A stretch of 64,000 nt of DNA, taken from assembly GCA_017462485.1 (NCBI GenBank), contig JAFTRA010000003.1, positions 859-64,858 of the forward strand, read 5' to 3'. The translations under genes were made by a program, and so were the position numbers. The notes beneath the pieces are model-generated. The model ran no database searches. It saw nothing but the letters and a program-made list of their open reading frames with translations, and had not been told where the DNA came from. Below are positions 27,667 through 38,481 of this stretch, piece after piece; position 1 is the stretch's first letter; each line of letters starts with the position of its first letter. Source of the DNA: Clostridia bacterium (lineage in GTDB: Bacteria; Bacillota; Clostridia; Oscillospirales; CAG-272).

Positions 27667-30600
27667 ATGAAAAAGAAGCTAACGAAAATATCTCTCTTGC
27701 TCATCGCTGTTTTGTTGATCGTGTTATCAGCTACCGCAGTGCTGGTTTCCGCAGAGGATTCCATTGAGCTCAAGGGCGATATGGAAGCCATCACTGCAGC
27801 GTTTGACGAAAAATATCTTGTTCAAAGCACCGTAAGGGGCGAGGACAAGTACGTCGGCGACTATCAGTACACTATGTACTATGACAAAGAGAAGGGACCG
27901 ATAACAGTAGATTATAACGGTACACCGATAATAATTTACACGGTCAACCATCCGAAAATCGAAAGAGTTGGAACAGACGAGGACGTTGAAATCATTCAGT
28001 CGATGCTGAATAACGGCTACGTCGTCGTTGTTCTCGACTATCTGGAGAGCGATAAAGCGGTAAGCCCCGCAATAGATTACTCCACTCAGCTTTTCAGAGC
28101 TAACCTTGTTTACGGTTGGGGTGAGATTTTCACGAATAAAACGCTTTTCCCTGAAGGAAATTATCGCGAAAACTTCCTGGTTCCCTCGGGATGCAACGTT
28201 CTTCTTAATCAGGTGTTCTGGGAAACCGACAAGCACTCGGTTAACGGAACGTTTAACAAGATAGTTGAAAACTGGAACTCGGACTTCCGCGCGACCAAAG
28301 GTAATAACCTCGTCAGATGGATGCACACCGATGGCACGAGAAAAGCCGTGCAAAACGATTTTGACGGAAACGAACCTCTTTGGTACAACGCAAACGGTAA
28401 GGTTGACGCAAACGGCGAATATACTTACATAAAGTTCACCAAAGCCGAGGTTGTAACCGATTGCATAAATCCCGACGGCACTCCGCTCAATATGGATCTT
28501 CATATGCATATCGTTTATCATACGAATCCGGAAAATCCCGTTCCTGTTATGGCTCTCGCCAACTCATCCGGATATCTTACCACGTGCATGACGAATGAGG
28601 ATGATCTCCGTCCTCACAGTAACGGATTCCTCTACGCCGGATACTCAACAGCGGTATACGATCATCTTTGGGAGCCTATGGGCGAGAACACGTCCTGGGG
28701 TTATTACGACGGAGCGAAGGGCGTAAGCAAGGACCATATGAATTACTCGCTTAATATCTATAACGACAAACTCGTTAATACCGCCGCTATGCGTTTTCTC
28801 CGTTATACCTCGCTTTCGGGAGGCGATACCTATAATTTCAATACAGAAAAAATAGGTGTTTACGGAAATTCCAAGGGCGGTTGGTTTAACTTCCTTGGCG
28901 AAGCGATAATCCAGACACCTCTCGTTAAAAACACAGACGCATACACAAGTATAGATGAGCTTGAGGATGCGATATCCTTTGAGCTTGAGAAGCTTCCCGC
29001 CGACCGTATGTATGACGGTCATCACGGAGAAACACGTTACAGCGTAGGCGCAGAAGCTGTAAGCGGTGACGGAGTTACCTTTGCAGCAGGAGAAAAGCAG
29101 CCTTGGCTTACGTATAATGGCAAGGAAATAATCTCGGGATGCCAGGTAACGATACCCGAAAACGGTGGCTCAGAGGAAGATATAACCGAGGGCCATATGC
29201 CTATATTCGTAACGAGCAATCTCGCAGACTATCTGGACGCTCATTACGGAGTTACCCTCAGAATATACAACGTATGCCGCGAGTTAAATCTACCTCTTCT
29301 TCATTTTGAGCTTCCTATAGGACATACGCTCCCAAGCGGTCAGGATATTAATCATAACGTTGATTCCTACGACGCTTTGATGAAATTTGTAAACTATTAT
29401 TTGAAAAACGCGCCCATTAACGTTGCTTACGTCACCCCGATGAACAATGCGGGAAAAGTAAGAGTGACGGACAAAATAACCGTAGCCTTTACAGGCCAGG
29501 CAGAGCTTGAGGACGTTCAGAAAATAACCGTTACGGCAGGTGAAGATACAGTTTCCGGAAGCTGGGAGAAGTCGTTCGGCGGAGTCGTATGGACGTTCAC
29601 TCCCGACGCGCTCTCCGGTAATACCAAATACACATTGACCGTACCGGCAGGCTTCTCGGGAACCAATAATCAACCTACTAAAACCGTTTATGAAGCCTCG
29701 TTTATCACCGAATTCGACGTTGCCGCAGAACCTACTTCCGTATCCGAAAACGTTTACACGTTCACTGCTCCGTCGTTCACCTCCGGTAACAGCTTTGTAT
29801 TCCGCTTCAACGTTACTAACGATGCGGCGAACGTTGCCGAGCTTTATGAAAACGATGCGAACGGAGATCTGCTCGGAAGCGTTAACCTTCGCGGTGCTGG
29901 AAGCTATGAAATTGATATAACCGATTACGTTGCGGCTAACTCCGGAAAGGACATAACTCTCCTTCTTAAAGGAAAGAACTCGGCAGGTAGTGTTCCGCTT
30001 GATAATGACACGCTTACCGGTGAGACGCTCAGCGAAGATATATCGGTAAACACAACCAACTCAACAGTAATTACGGCATCCTCGATAAACGGTGTTACAG
30101 CGCTTGAAGCTAAGGTCACTAAGCCATATAATTATAACTACTCGAAATACTACAACAATCCTACGAGGATACTCAAATACAACAACGTTACACAAAACTT
30201 GTTCTCCAAGGACGACCTCGGTAGGCTCTATACCTTCTCAATAGACGTATACGACACTGTTGACAGAGTATTCCAGATAAGACTCCGTAATATGACGGAT
30301 GAGACAAATCACGAAACTATAGACTACGACTGGGTATTCCGCACGTATAAGACAACCGCAAATCAGTGGTCTACTTATACGTTCACCTACAGAGTTTACG
30401 AATCCGATTACGGTATTATTTCTCAAAACAAGAACCAGTACCTTGAACTTTTCGTAGCCCCCGACGGTGATTTGGCTTCCTCCATCTATTTCAAAAATCT
30501 CGTGATTTCCGAAGTTATCACCGACATAGACGTTTCTGGAGCTGCAATAGCGGAGAAGCAGACCCTCGGTGGAGCTTATACTCCCGCTGTATCAGCTTCC

Positions 30601-33600
30601 CCCTTTGCTATCTACAACGGCGAGACTCTCATAGATGAATATGACAGCTTTACGGCGGCTCTTGCGGCTTACACCTCTGGCTACTCATTAAAGCTTCAAT
30701 CGGATTACACGTTTACCGACTCTGACGTAAGCGACCAGCTTAAGAGCTTCACAGAGTTTAATTTTGACCTCGGCTCGTACACTCTTACGTTAGATAACAC
30801 TAAAAATTCTCCTCTTTGGATTAAAGCAACGAACAAAAACAAGCTGCAACTCAATCTCTCGGGCGGCGTTATTCTCGTTGGAGATACACCTATCATTTCA
30901 TATGAGTCTTCCATCTCGGCAGGCTCGGGCAAGAGCGTAGAATTAAATCTTGACGGTGTTAAGATAGGTCTTGCCGATAATTCGGGCGCTATCAACATTC
31001 TTTCGGGCGTGACGCTTCCCGCAGGACTCAAGCTTGACGCGCACGTATCTCTCACAAACTGCGAGCTTGACCTTCCCGACGACAGAAGGGCGCGCGACGC
31101 CGCAACTATTCTTCCTACCTCTTCCACGGCGGGACTTGATTTAAGCTACACGGTTAAGGGCGGAAGCATATATCTCACCTCGGAGAGATGGATAAGCATT
31201 CTTAATAACGTTTCCGACGCCGAGTTCCTTGCGGACACGAACGGAAATTACACAAAGCTTCTTCTTCCCTCCTCTTACACCTACGAATTGAAGTGCTCCT
31301 GCTTCACCGACAGGGGCTACGCATCCTACTCCAAACAGAGCGAGGAGAGCAATATTACCACCTACAACCTCACCATTCCCGAAAACTCAACCAAATACGG
31401 CATTATACCCGAAAGCATTGCAAGCGATTCAAGCTACGTCTTCATTCTCTTCAAGGACGGAAGCTACGTTTCGGCTCATAAGAACCTTAAGTCCGTTACT
31501 CAAGCTGCGGAAAAGCTTATGGCGAGCGCCGGCGAGGATGAGGTTGCAGAAATACTGTTGACGCAAAATCACAAGGCAACCAATTCGGGCGCAAGCGACG
31601 TAGCTTACGGAACCGCGCGCGGAACTATCGTATTTGACCTTGACGGACACACACTCACCAGAGGCGGTAACGCTTTGGCAGCAGGAGAAATAAATTCCTC
31701 AACTACAACCTATTATAAAACCTCTATCGTTTTCAAAAACGGAAGAATTGAAACCGCAAAGGGTCTTATGTTCGTTACACACTACCGTTTCTCGACAAGT
31801 GGCGTAAAGACCTACGATTTCACCTTTGATAACGTCACCTTTGGTTATGCGGAGGGCGCTACGTCTCTTAACAACGCATTCTGGAACGTATGGAGCAACA
31901 GCCACTTTGCAACAATCTCCAAAACGAATATAACTCTTCGAAACTGCACGTTTGACTTTAAAACAAACTCTCCCACAAGTGTTTCGGCTACAACTCTCTT
32001 CAAATTTAACGAAAAAGGCGAGCGAGCTGACATAAACCTTGTTATCGAAGGCGGTGAGATACTCGGAAACGGCGCAAACATAACGTTTGCAAACCCCGAT
32101 GCGTACGATACGCTCACTCTTGCTCCTAACGAAAATGGTGAGTATATCAAATTCATCCCGTCAAGTGACAGCGCAACCGCTCCTAACCTCGATAACTTCA
32201 GCTTTGCTGACGGAAAGAAGAGAAGCTTTGCGCTTGAAGGCGGCGAATACGTTATGAAGGAAGAAACTGTTTACGGCGAGATTCCCGCGGAATACCCCGC
32301 AAGCACTCACCCCTTCGTAATACTCGTTTACAACAGTGAGACCGGAAAATATGAATTCAACCAACTCACTGTTACGGTAAACAACGAAAGCAAGACCATT
32401 ATTCCTGCATACGATACGTGGAAGGCAGTCACTACGGATATACAGTATTATGCAAACGATCCCTCGTCGGACGTTGTTCTTCTCGTAAGAGAAGATTACA
32501 CAAACACGAATGATGGTTGCGCTGACGGTACGTCGTTCCACTCCGTAGGCGGTAAGCTCACGGTTGACCTTGGCGGACATACCTTCACACGAGGAGGAAA
32601 AACCGTATTCAGCTTTGCTGCGTTTAACACAAGTTTTAACGACGCGAGCGGTCAGATAATCATCAAAAACGGTAAGCTTTTAAGTGACGGTGGCGCCATC
32701 TTCGTTGGACACAAAAACGCAAAATTGACTGAAGGCTCAACAAAAACCTGGAACATAACCTTAGAGGACGTTACCTTAGGCTTTGCTGACGGAGCGACAA
32801 AGGGCGACTATATGTTCTGGGTAGAGTGGTCCTCCTCAACCCAGAACAACACTACTGTACAATTCAACGTAACGCTTAACAACTGCACGCTTGATCTTAA
32901 AACGAACAACCCCGGCAGCACACCGACTCTGTTCCATTTAAAGAAAACCTCCGCTTCGGTGTATACCCACGACTTCGAAATCAAGGGCGGTACTATAATC
33001 AGCGATAATCTTGCCGGAATTAAGCTTTTCAACAAAGAATCAAGTGACACAATCACCTACACAAAGAATTCCAACGGTGAATACGTAAAGCTTATCTCTA
33101 CGACCACCGAGAAGGATGCATCTCACTATAACGGCTCACTTTCCACCGATGAAGGCGACAAATACTTTGTTGAAGTATCCGACGACGGCGTAAACTCGGT
33201 TTACGAGCTTAAGAGCCTTGCGACCGACTACGGAACAGCTTCCAACACAGCAAAATATCTTTCCGAGCTTGATTATCCCTTCTTCATCTTCCAAGGCGGC
33301 GAATTCGTTACGGCGGCTGAAAGTTGGGCAAAGGCGATGAGCGAAGCCGTTAAGCTCGTTGACGAGGAATCCGAAAGCGAGCTTTCGGTGGAAATAGTTA
33401 TGCGTCGCGATTATGACGTATACAAGGCGGTAGACGCCGCTAACGGCAGAGTTACCTTCAATAAGGCGCGCGGAAAAGTAATCTTCGACCTCTGTGGATA
33501 TACTATCACTACGGTTGACGGATACCTTATCGACGTATATATCAACAATTCCGCCTCCTCAGTGCTCGGTTTCAAATCACACCTTACCGTAAGGAACGGA

Positions 33601-35877
33601 ACAATCCTTAACCTTAGAAAGAAGCTCTGCTCTATAGCGTTCGGTCACGAGGGCGAGTCACCCGACGGACAGAAAAAGAACCTCTCGTTCACCTTCGAGA
33701 ACGTTACCTTTAAGGCAACCGAATACTCGGTAATAAGAGATTGGGGACACTCGTATAAAACCGGACTTAAGCTTGATTTCGTATTTGACGGATGCACCTA
33801 CGATTTCAGTGATTCTGTCAAGGGTCTTACTATGCTTTACTTCGAATCCAATCAAACCTCCGTTAACACAGATGCGGAATTTATCGGCGGCAAGATAATA
33901 GCATCGAACGCTAATAATTATACCGTGGTTAATTACGGCGCGGACGACAGCATAAGATTTACCAAAGATTCCGACGGAAATCATATTACCATAGTTCAGC
34001 CCACAAAAAACACAGCTCCCACGTTCACTCTCAAAAACGAAAAGGGAAAGGATATAACTATCACAACGCTTGGTACGGAAGGATATTACACCGTATATGT
34101 ATTCAAAGATCCTGTTGAAACGGCTTACGGAGACATTCCTTTTGACTATTCAAACGAGGAAACCTATCCCTTTGTTGTATTCGGAGAAGACGGTAGCTTC
34201 ATCGGTGCTTATGCGACACTTCTCGGCACAGGCGCTATGGATGCCGCAAAGACGTATCTTACGAAAAACGTATGGAACGGCACGTCATACGGAGCTTCGG
34301 AGAAATCCGCAGTAATTCTTATGAGAAGAAATTACACAATGCAATCGTCTGACACCTACTCCGATTACTCCTATATTGAGGGCTCTGTAACGCTAGATCT
34401 TGGAATGCTCACTCTGACGTCAAGAAGCGATGACTATATGTTCAGCGCCAAGGCAAAATCATGCCCCACCGATGTTTCGGGCGATAGCTTCGAGCTCTTC
34501 CCCAGTGTATTTACTGTAAAGAACGGCAATCTCGTATCGGTTGATAAATCTATTCTCTCCCTCGGAACCGATGGCGCGGACGCCGATATCTCCGGAAAGA
34601 ACATGTTCTGGCAGTTTGAAAACGTGACCTTCTCTAACACGGGAACTGCGCAAAATCCAATAATTGATTGCTACCACAGCTCCACTTCTGCCGTAGTTCC
34701 GATCAACGTGAGCTTCGACGATTGCGTATTTGATTTAAGCAATATCACACAAACTACGAGACAGGTATTTAATATATACACGGGCACGGACGTTCAGCTT
34801 AATATAACCGTTTCCGGCGGCGAAATTATAGCTCCCGAAGATATAACTCTTCTTGACGTTTTATATTATAGCAGCTCGACGGGTTCCGATATTGAATTTA
34901 CACAGAATGAAAACGGATTTATAAAGATAATCACAGATTCGGTTTATTCAAATTCGGAGGAACTAAACACTTCTCTCGGAAACGCAAGCTTCGTCAAGAC
35001 CTCATCATCTGATGGAACTAACGTTTATTCACTTGTTCCTACATCGCTCACGAAATTCACGCCAAAAATGAGTATAACCTTAGATAGAAATCTCGTGATG
35101 AACGTGTATATTCCTGCGGAAGCGCTAGTTAAGTTTACATTCAACGGTCAAAACTATGAAAATCTTGATGAAATTGCAAAGAACAAAACAACCATTGACG
35201 GCAACGAATATTACCTTATGAAAGCAGAGCTTCCTGCTGCAGAGGCCGCGTCAACGGTTAAGCTTATAGCTACCGTTTCAGCCGGCGGTATCAGCGCAAA
35301 CGCAACCTTCTCATTCAGCATTCCAAAGTACGCTGAAAAGGTAATCGCAGGCTCGAACGAAACCGAAATCAAGCTTGTAAAGGACGTTCTTCTCTACGTC
35401 AAATCCGCATACGTCTATTTTGGAACTAATGACCCCGAAGCAATCGCAAAAATCAACACGCTCCTCGGTGATTATACGGCAAAGCCCATAGTAGAGGGTA
35501 GCTCGGAGAAGCCCACGGCAGCTCTTGCCTCGGTTGCCTTCGTTCTTAAAGGAACTCCGTCCATGAGATTCTATCTCGCGGATGGCAGAGATGCCAGTGA
35601 ATACAAGTTCTATATTGACACGAAAGAGGTCAAAACGAAAGTATCCGACGACGGAACATACGTTGATATAGACGTATATGCTTACGCGCTTTGCGAAACG
35701 GTCACTTACACCGTAGGCGAGGAGTCCGGCAGCTTCCATATAAACGCATATTATTCCTACGTAAGCGGTGCGGAATACACCGAAGCTGACAAGACAGAGC
35801 TCATATCACTCACCGAGTGCTTCTGGAATTATCTCCAGAGCGCAAGAGCTTACAGAAGCTCGGTAACCGAAGGATAA
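27667..35877 (+). CDS. Giant secreted modular protein: alpha/beta-hydrolase-like head + Ig-like (Big_5) + ~300-aa repeats + conserved C-terminal domain
   Basis: Signal peptide; nucleophile elbow IGVYGNSKGG; VTP...ITVAF...WTFTP..L...TKYTLTV Ig-like motif. Repeats start TxYGxxx. FTPKMSITLDR C-terminal domain shared with 2981..9883. Confidence 0.9.
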   Translation: MKKKLTKISLLLIAVLLIVLSATAVLVSAEDSIELKGDMEAITAAFDEKYLVQSTVRGEDKYVGDYQYTMYYDKEKGPITVDYNGTPIIIYTVNHPKIERVGTDEDVEIIQSMLNNGYVVVVLDYLESDKAVSPAIDYSTQLFRANLVYGWGEIFTNKTLFPEGNYRENFLVPSGCNVLLNQVFWETDKHSVNGTFNKIVENWNSDFRATKGNNLVRWMHTDGTRKAVQNDFDGNEPLWYNANGKVDANGEYTYIKFTKAEVVTDCINPDGTPLNMDLHMHIVYHTNPENPVPVMALANSSGYLTTCMTNEDDLRPHSNGFLYAGYSTAVYDHLWEPMGENTSWGYYDGAKGVSKDHMNYSLNIYNDKLVNTAAMRFLRYTSLSGGDTYNFNTEKIGVYGNSKGGWFNFLGEAIIQTPLVKNTDAYTSIDELEDAISFELEKLPADRMYDGHHGETRYSVGAEAVSGDGVTFAAGEKQPWLTYNGKEIISGCQVTIPENGGSEEDITEGHMPIFVTSNLADYLDAHYGVTLRIYNVCRELNLPLLHFELPIGHTLPSGQDINHNVDSYDALMKFVNYYLKNAPINVAYVTPMNNAGKVRVTDKITVAFTGQAELEDVQKITVTAGEDTVSGSWEKSFGGVVWTFTPDALSGNTKYTLTVPAGFSGTNNQPTKTVYEASFITEFDVAAEPTSVSENVYTFTAPSFTSGNSFVFRFNVTNDAANVAELYENDANGDLLGSVNLRGAGSYEIDITDYVAANSGKDITLLLKGKNSAGSVPLDNDTLTGETLSEDISVNTTNSTVITASSINGVTALEAKVTKPYNYNYSKYYNNPTRILKYNNVTQNLFSKDDLGRLYTFSIDVYDTVDRVFQIRLRNMTDETNHETIDYDWVFRTYKTTANQWSTYTFTYRVYESDYGIISQNKNQYLELFVAPDGDLASSIYFKNLVISEVITDIDVSGAAIAEKQTLGGAYTPAVSASPFAIYNGETLIDEYDSFTAALAAYTSGYSLKLQSDYTFTDSDVSDQLKSFTEFNFDLGSYTLTLDNTKNSPLWIKATNKNKLQLNLSGGVILVGDTPIISYESSISAGSGKSVELNLDGVKIGLADNSGAINILSGVTLPAGLKLDAHVSLTNCELDLPDDRRARDAATILPTSSTAGLDLSYTVKGGSIYLTSERWISILNNVSDAEFLADTNGNYTKLLLPSSYTYELKCSCFTDRGYASYSKQSEESNITTYNLTIPENSTKYGIIPESIASDSSYVFILFKDGSYVSAHKNLKSVTQAAEKLMASAGEDEVAEILLTQNHKATNSGASDVAYGTARGTIVFDLDGHTLTRGGNALAAGEINSSTTTYYKTSIVFKNGRIETAKGLMFVTHYRFSTSGVKTYDFTFDNVTFGYAEGATSLNNAFWNVWSNSHFATISKTNITLRNCTFDFKTNSPTSVSATTLFKFNEKGERADINLVIEGGEILGNGANITFANPDAYDTLTLAPNENGEYIKFIPSSDSATAPNLDNFSFADGKKRSFALEGGEYVMKEETVYGEIPAEYPASTHPFVILVYNSETGKYEFNQLTVTVNNESKTIIPAYDTWKAVTTDIQYYANDPSSDVVLLVREDYTNTNDGCADGTSFHSVGGKLTVDLGGHTFTRGGKTVFSFAAFNTSFNDASGQIIIKNGKLLSDGGAIFVGHKNAKLTEGSTKTWNITLEDVTLGFADGATKGDYMFWVEWSSSTQNNTTVQFNVTLNNCTLDLKTNNPGSTPTLFHLKKTSASVYTHDFEIKGGTIISDNLAGIKLFNKESSDTITYTKNSNGEYVKLISTTTEKDASHYNGSLSTDEGDKYFVEVSDDGVNSVYELKSLATDYGTASNTAKYLSELDYPFFIFQGGEFVTAAESWAKAMSEAVKLVDEESESELSVEIVMRRDYDVYKAVDAANGRVTFNKARGKVIFDLCGYTITTVDGYLIDVYINNSASSVLGFKSHLTVRNGTILNLRKKLCSIAFGHEGESPDGQKKNLSFTFENVTFKATEYSVIRDWGHSYKTGLKLDFVFDGCTYDFSDSVKGLTMLYFESNQTSVNTDAEFIGGKIIASNANNYTVVNYGADDSIRFTKDSDGNHITIVQPTKNTAPTFTLKNEKGKDITITTLGTEGYYTVYVFKDPVETAYGDIPFDYSNEETYPFVVFGEDGSFIGAYATLLGTGAMDAAKTYLTKNVWNGTSYGASEKSAVILMRRNYTMQSSDTYSDYSYIEGSVTLDLGMLTLTSRSDDYMFSAKAKSCPTDVSGDSFELFPSVFTVKNGNLVSVDKSILSLGTDGADADISGKNMFWQFENVTFSNTGTAQNPIIDCYHSSTSAVVPINVSFDDCVFDLSNITQTTRQVFNIYTGTDVQLNITVSGGEIIAPEDITLLDVLYYSSSTGSDIEFTQNENGFIKIITDSVYSNSEELNTSLGNASFVKTSSSDGTNVYSLVPTSLTKFTPKMSITLDRNLVMNVYIPAEALVKFTFNGQNYENLDEIAKNKTTIDGNEYYLMKAELPAAEAASTVKLIATVSAGGISANATFSFSIPKYAEKVIAGSNETEIKLVKDVLLYVKSAYVYFGTNDPEAIAKINTLLGDYTAKPIVEGSSEKPTAALASVAFVLKGTPSMRFYLADGRDASEYKFYIDTKEVKTKVSDDGTYVDIDVYAYALCETVTYTVGEESGSFHINAYYSYVSGAEYTEADKTELISLTECFWNYLQSARAYRSSVTEG

Positions 35878-35890
35878 GGAGGTAGTAAAA

Positions 35891-36025
35891 ATGAAAAAGT
35901 ATATAAACCCCGAATTTGAAGTAATCGAAGTTGCTGCAAAAGACATTATTACAACCTCACCGGGTACTGAAACCTCAACGCAGGATAACAACGACGGCAT
36001 TTGGGATCTTGAATTTGATCTTTAA
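35891..36025 (+). CDS. 44-aa peptide MKKYINPEFEVIEVAAKDIITTSPGTETSTQDNNDGIWDLEFDL with RiPP-like YxxP leader
   Basis: TAAGGAGGTAGTAAAAATG junction with the giant gene. Homolog of 2833..2967. Confidence 0.88.
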   Translation: MKKYINPEFEVIEVAAKDIITTSPGTETSTQDNNDGIWDLEFDL

Positions 36026-36078
36026 ATTGCGTTAAATCCAAGCGACATAACGAAAGCTGCTTCATTTGAGTACGTACT

Positions 36079-36206
36079 AAAAAGACAGAGGCACCATTCA
36101 ATTCAGTGCCTCTGTCAAAAAACGATTTTCAAGAAAGATTAAGCAGCCTTTTTAGAAAAGAAGAGATGGAGAAACCGATTAATTTCGATTTCTCCATTTT
36201 TGTTTT
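36079..36206. terminator. Pair of intrinsic terminators between convergent genes
   Basis: GACAGAGGCAC/GTGCCTCTGTC with a minus-strand U-tail, and ATGGAGAAA/TTTCTCCAT with a plus-strand T-run. Confidence 0.7.
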
Positions 36207-36321
36207 TATATATGCTCGCCTTTGCGAACGTCACTTAAGTGCTTTTTCTTTATTAACTTTAATTACAGCGTTATCAACTTTAGTTACAACGTAGCAAAGC
36301 GTATATTCAGCGGCGCTATCA

Positions 36322-37104
36322 TTAGCCGTTTTTAATTATGGGATAGAGCTGGATAGTGTTTCCACCGTCAACAACAAGCTCTGCTCCCGTGGTATTTCTT
36401 GCGTGAGCCGCAAAGTAAAATACTGCATCAGCGATATCCTCCCCTACAGCTACGTCACCGATAGGGGTGAATCTTGAGGGAACGTTATTATAAAACTCGG
36501 GGTTCTTTTCCCAGCGGTCAGTCTTTATCATTCCCGGGAGAACTGCATTTACTCTGATATTGTATTTACCGAAGTCGAGCGCCATAGCTCTCATCATACC
36601 AAGCTGGCCACCCTTTGAAGCGACGTATGCAATTCTGTCGGGGATAGCTCTGTACGCAGTGTTGGAATTGACGAACACTATGTTTCCTCCGCCATTCTTC
36701 ATCATACGTCTTGCTGCGTGCTCGGACAAGCAGTAATTCCATACCACGTTGGTATTGATAACTCTCATAAAATCTGTAAGAGGATTTTTAAACGCCTCTA
36801 TTCCGAGTCCCTGGTCTGCGGCGTTAAGAACAAGAGTCTCAACGAATATTCCGAGCTTATCAAGCTCCGAAAACATATTTTCTACAGACTCCTCGTCAAC
36901 CGTTTTTTCATCAAGTAAAGAATCTATCGCAAAGCCGATTACCTCGGAATTTGCAAACTTTTCTTTATATTTCGCCTCCGCTTCCTTTACTTTTTCAATG
37001 CTTCTGCCGGTGAATACAACTCTGTATCCCTCCTCAAGAAATCTTTCAACTATTGCTACGCCCGTATTTATACAAGCGCCTGTTATAAGTGCTGTTTTCA
37101 TCAT
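36322..37104 (-). CDS. Classical SDR oxidoreductase
   Basis: TGACINTG, LNAA, YVASK, NAVLPG, VDGG. Confidence 0.92.
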   Translation of the reverse strand: MMKTALITGACINTGVAIVERFLEEGYRVVFTGRSIEKVKEAEAKYKEKFANSEVIGFAIDSLLDEKTVDEESVENMFSELDKLGIFVETLVLNAADQGLGIEAFKNPLTDFMRVINTNVVWNYCLSEHAARRMMKNGGGNIVFVNSNTAYRAIPDRIAYVASKGGQLGMMRAMALDFGKYNIRVNAVLPGMIKTDRWEKNPEFYNNVPSRFTPIGDVAVGEDIADAVFYFAAHARNTTGAELVVDGGNTIQLYPIIKNG

Positions 37105-37167
37105 TTTCGCCTTTCATCTAAACTTTTAATAGCTCGTAGGTTTGTAAAGCAAGTTCCTTTCCGAGAA

Positions 37168-38328
37168 TCAGAAATAGAATTCAGTCTTTGCAGGTCTTAT
37201 ATCCGTAAGAGCTCCGGTGTAGTGCCTGAGCGTGTGAGGTTGGTAGGGGTGCTTTAAGCACTCCTCCTCGTTAATTTCGATACCAAGACCGGGCTTGTCG
37301 GGAATATCAATATAACCGTCCTTGTAATTAAGACTCTCGTTCGTAACGTCCTTACGCCACTCAACGTCGGAATACATAATTTCAAGAATTTCAAAGTTCG
37401 GACAGGTTGCCGCAAGCTGAAGCGTTGCGGCATTCGCAACGGGACCGGAAGGGTTATGGGGAGCGAACGGAATATATCTGCTCTCCGCCTCTGCGGCAAT
37501 CTTTTTAAGCTCCATAATACCTCCTGCGTGAGAGATATCGGGCTGAATATAGTCGGCTGCCATCTTATCAAAGATAAGGCGGTAGTCCCAACGCGTGTAA
37601 AGTCTTTCACCTGCCGATATGGCTACGGGAGACTTATCTCTTACCGCCTTAAGAGCGTCAATGTTATCCGGAGGAACGGGCTCCTCGAAGAACATAGGCT
37701 TGAACTGCTCAAGCTCTTTAGCGATTTTAATACCGGTAGGAATATTGAAGCGTCCGTGACCTTCGATAAGCAGGTCAACTCCGTCGCCAACCGCTTCTCT
37801 TACAGCCGAAACGCAGCGAAGCGCTTTATCAAGGTCGGCATTTGAGATATTGAGATAGCTCTTTCCGAATGGGTCCCACTTCATAGCAGTAACTCCGCGC
37901 TCCTTTGCTATTCTCGCCTTTTCGCCAAACTCCTCGGGCTCCTTTGCACCTGCAAACCAACCGTTTACGTAAATTCTTACCTTTTCGTTCACCTTACCGC
38001 CGAGAAGCTGATAAACAGGAACACTAAGGCTCTTACCGAGAATATCCCAAAGCGCCATTTCAACCGCAGAAAGAGCGGACATAAGCACAGCTCCGCCTCT
38101 CCAATATGCGTCCCTGTAAATTGAGTGCCAATGCTTCTCAATATCGAGGGGATTCTTCCCCACAAGGTATTCCTTGATATGCTCGACAGCTCCTATGAGC
38201 GCCTTTTCTTTATATTCAAGAGTTGCTTCTCCGACGCCGTCTATTCCCTCGTCGGTATAAACCTTGACGAACACCCAGTTCGTTCTGAAGCAATCAGTTG
38301 CAAAGGTTTTAATATCGGTTACTTTCAT
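37168..38328 (-). CDS. dgoD: Galactonate dehydratase (mandelate racemase/enolase superfamily)
   Basis: YWRGGAVLMSALSAVEMALWDI, EGHGR, FEEP, GERLY, QPDISHAGG, APHNP. Substrate inferred from the family. Confidence 0.8.
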   Translation of the reverse strand: MKVTDIKTFATDCFRTNWVFVKVYTDEGIDGVGEATLEYKEKALIGAVEHIKEYLVGKNPLDIEKHWHSIYRDAYWRGGAVLMSALSAVEMALWDILGKSLSVPVYQLLGGKVNEKVRIYVNGWFAGAKEPEEFGEKARIAKERGVTAMKWDPFGKSYLNISNADLDKALRCVSAVREAVGDGVDLLIEGHGRFNIPTGIKIAKELEQFKPMFFEEPVPPDNIDALKAVRDKSPVAISAGERLYTRWDYRLIFDKMAADYIQPDISHAGGIMELKKIAAEAESRYIPFAPHNPSGPVANAATLQLAATCPNFEILEIMYSDVEWRKDVTNESLNYKDGYIDIPDKPGLGIEINEEECLKHPYQPHTLRHYTGALTDIRPAKTEFYF

Positions 38329-38481
38329 TTTCTTTTTTCTCTTTCGTATTGACATTATAGTAATTTTATTTTATAATATTTTTTGTAAGAAACCTATAAA
38401 ATTCTTACTCTATTTATTAGAAATCTTACTATAACAAGGAGCGCCGATATCGAGAGAGTGAAAGCTCTCGTCGGCTTTGAT

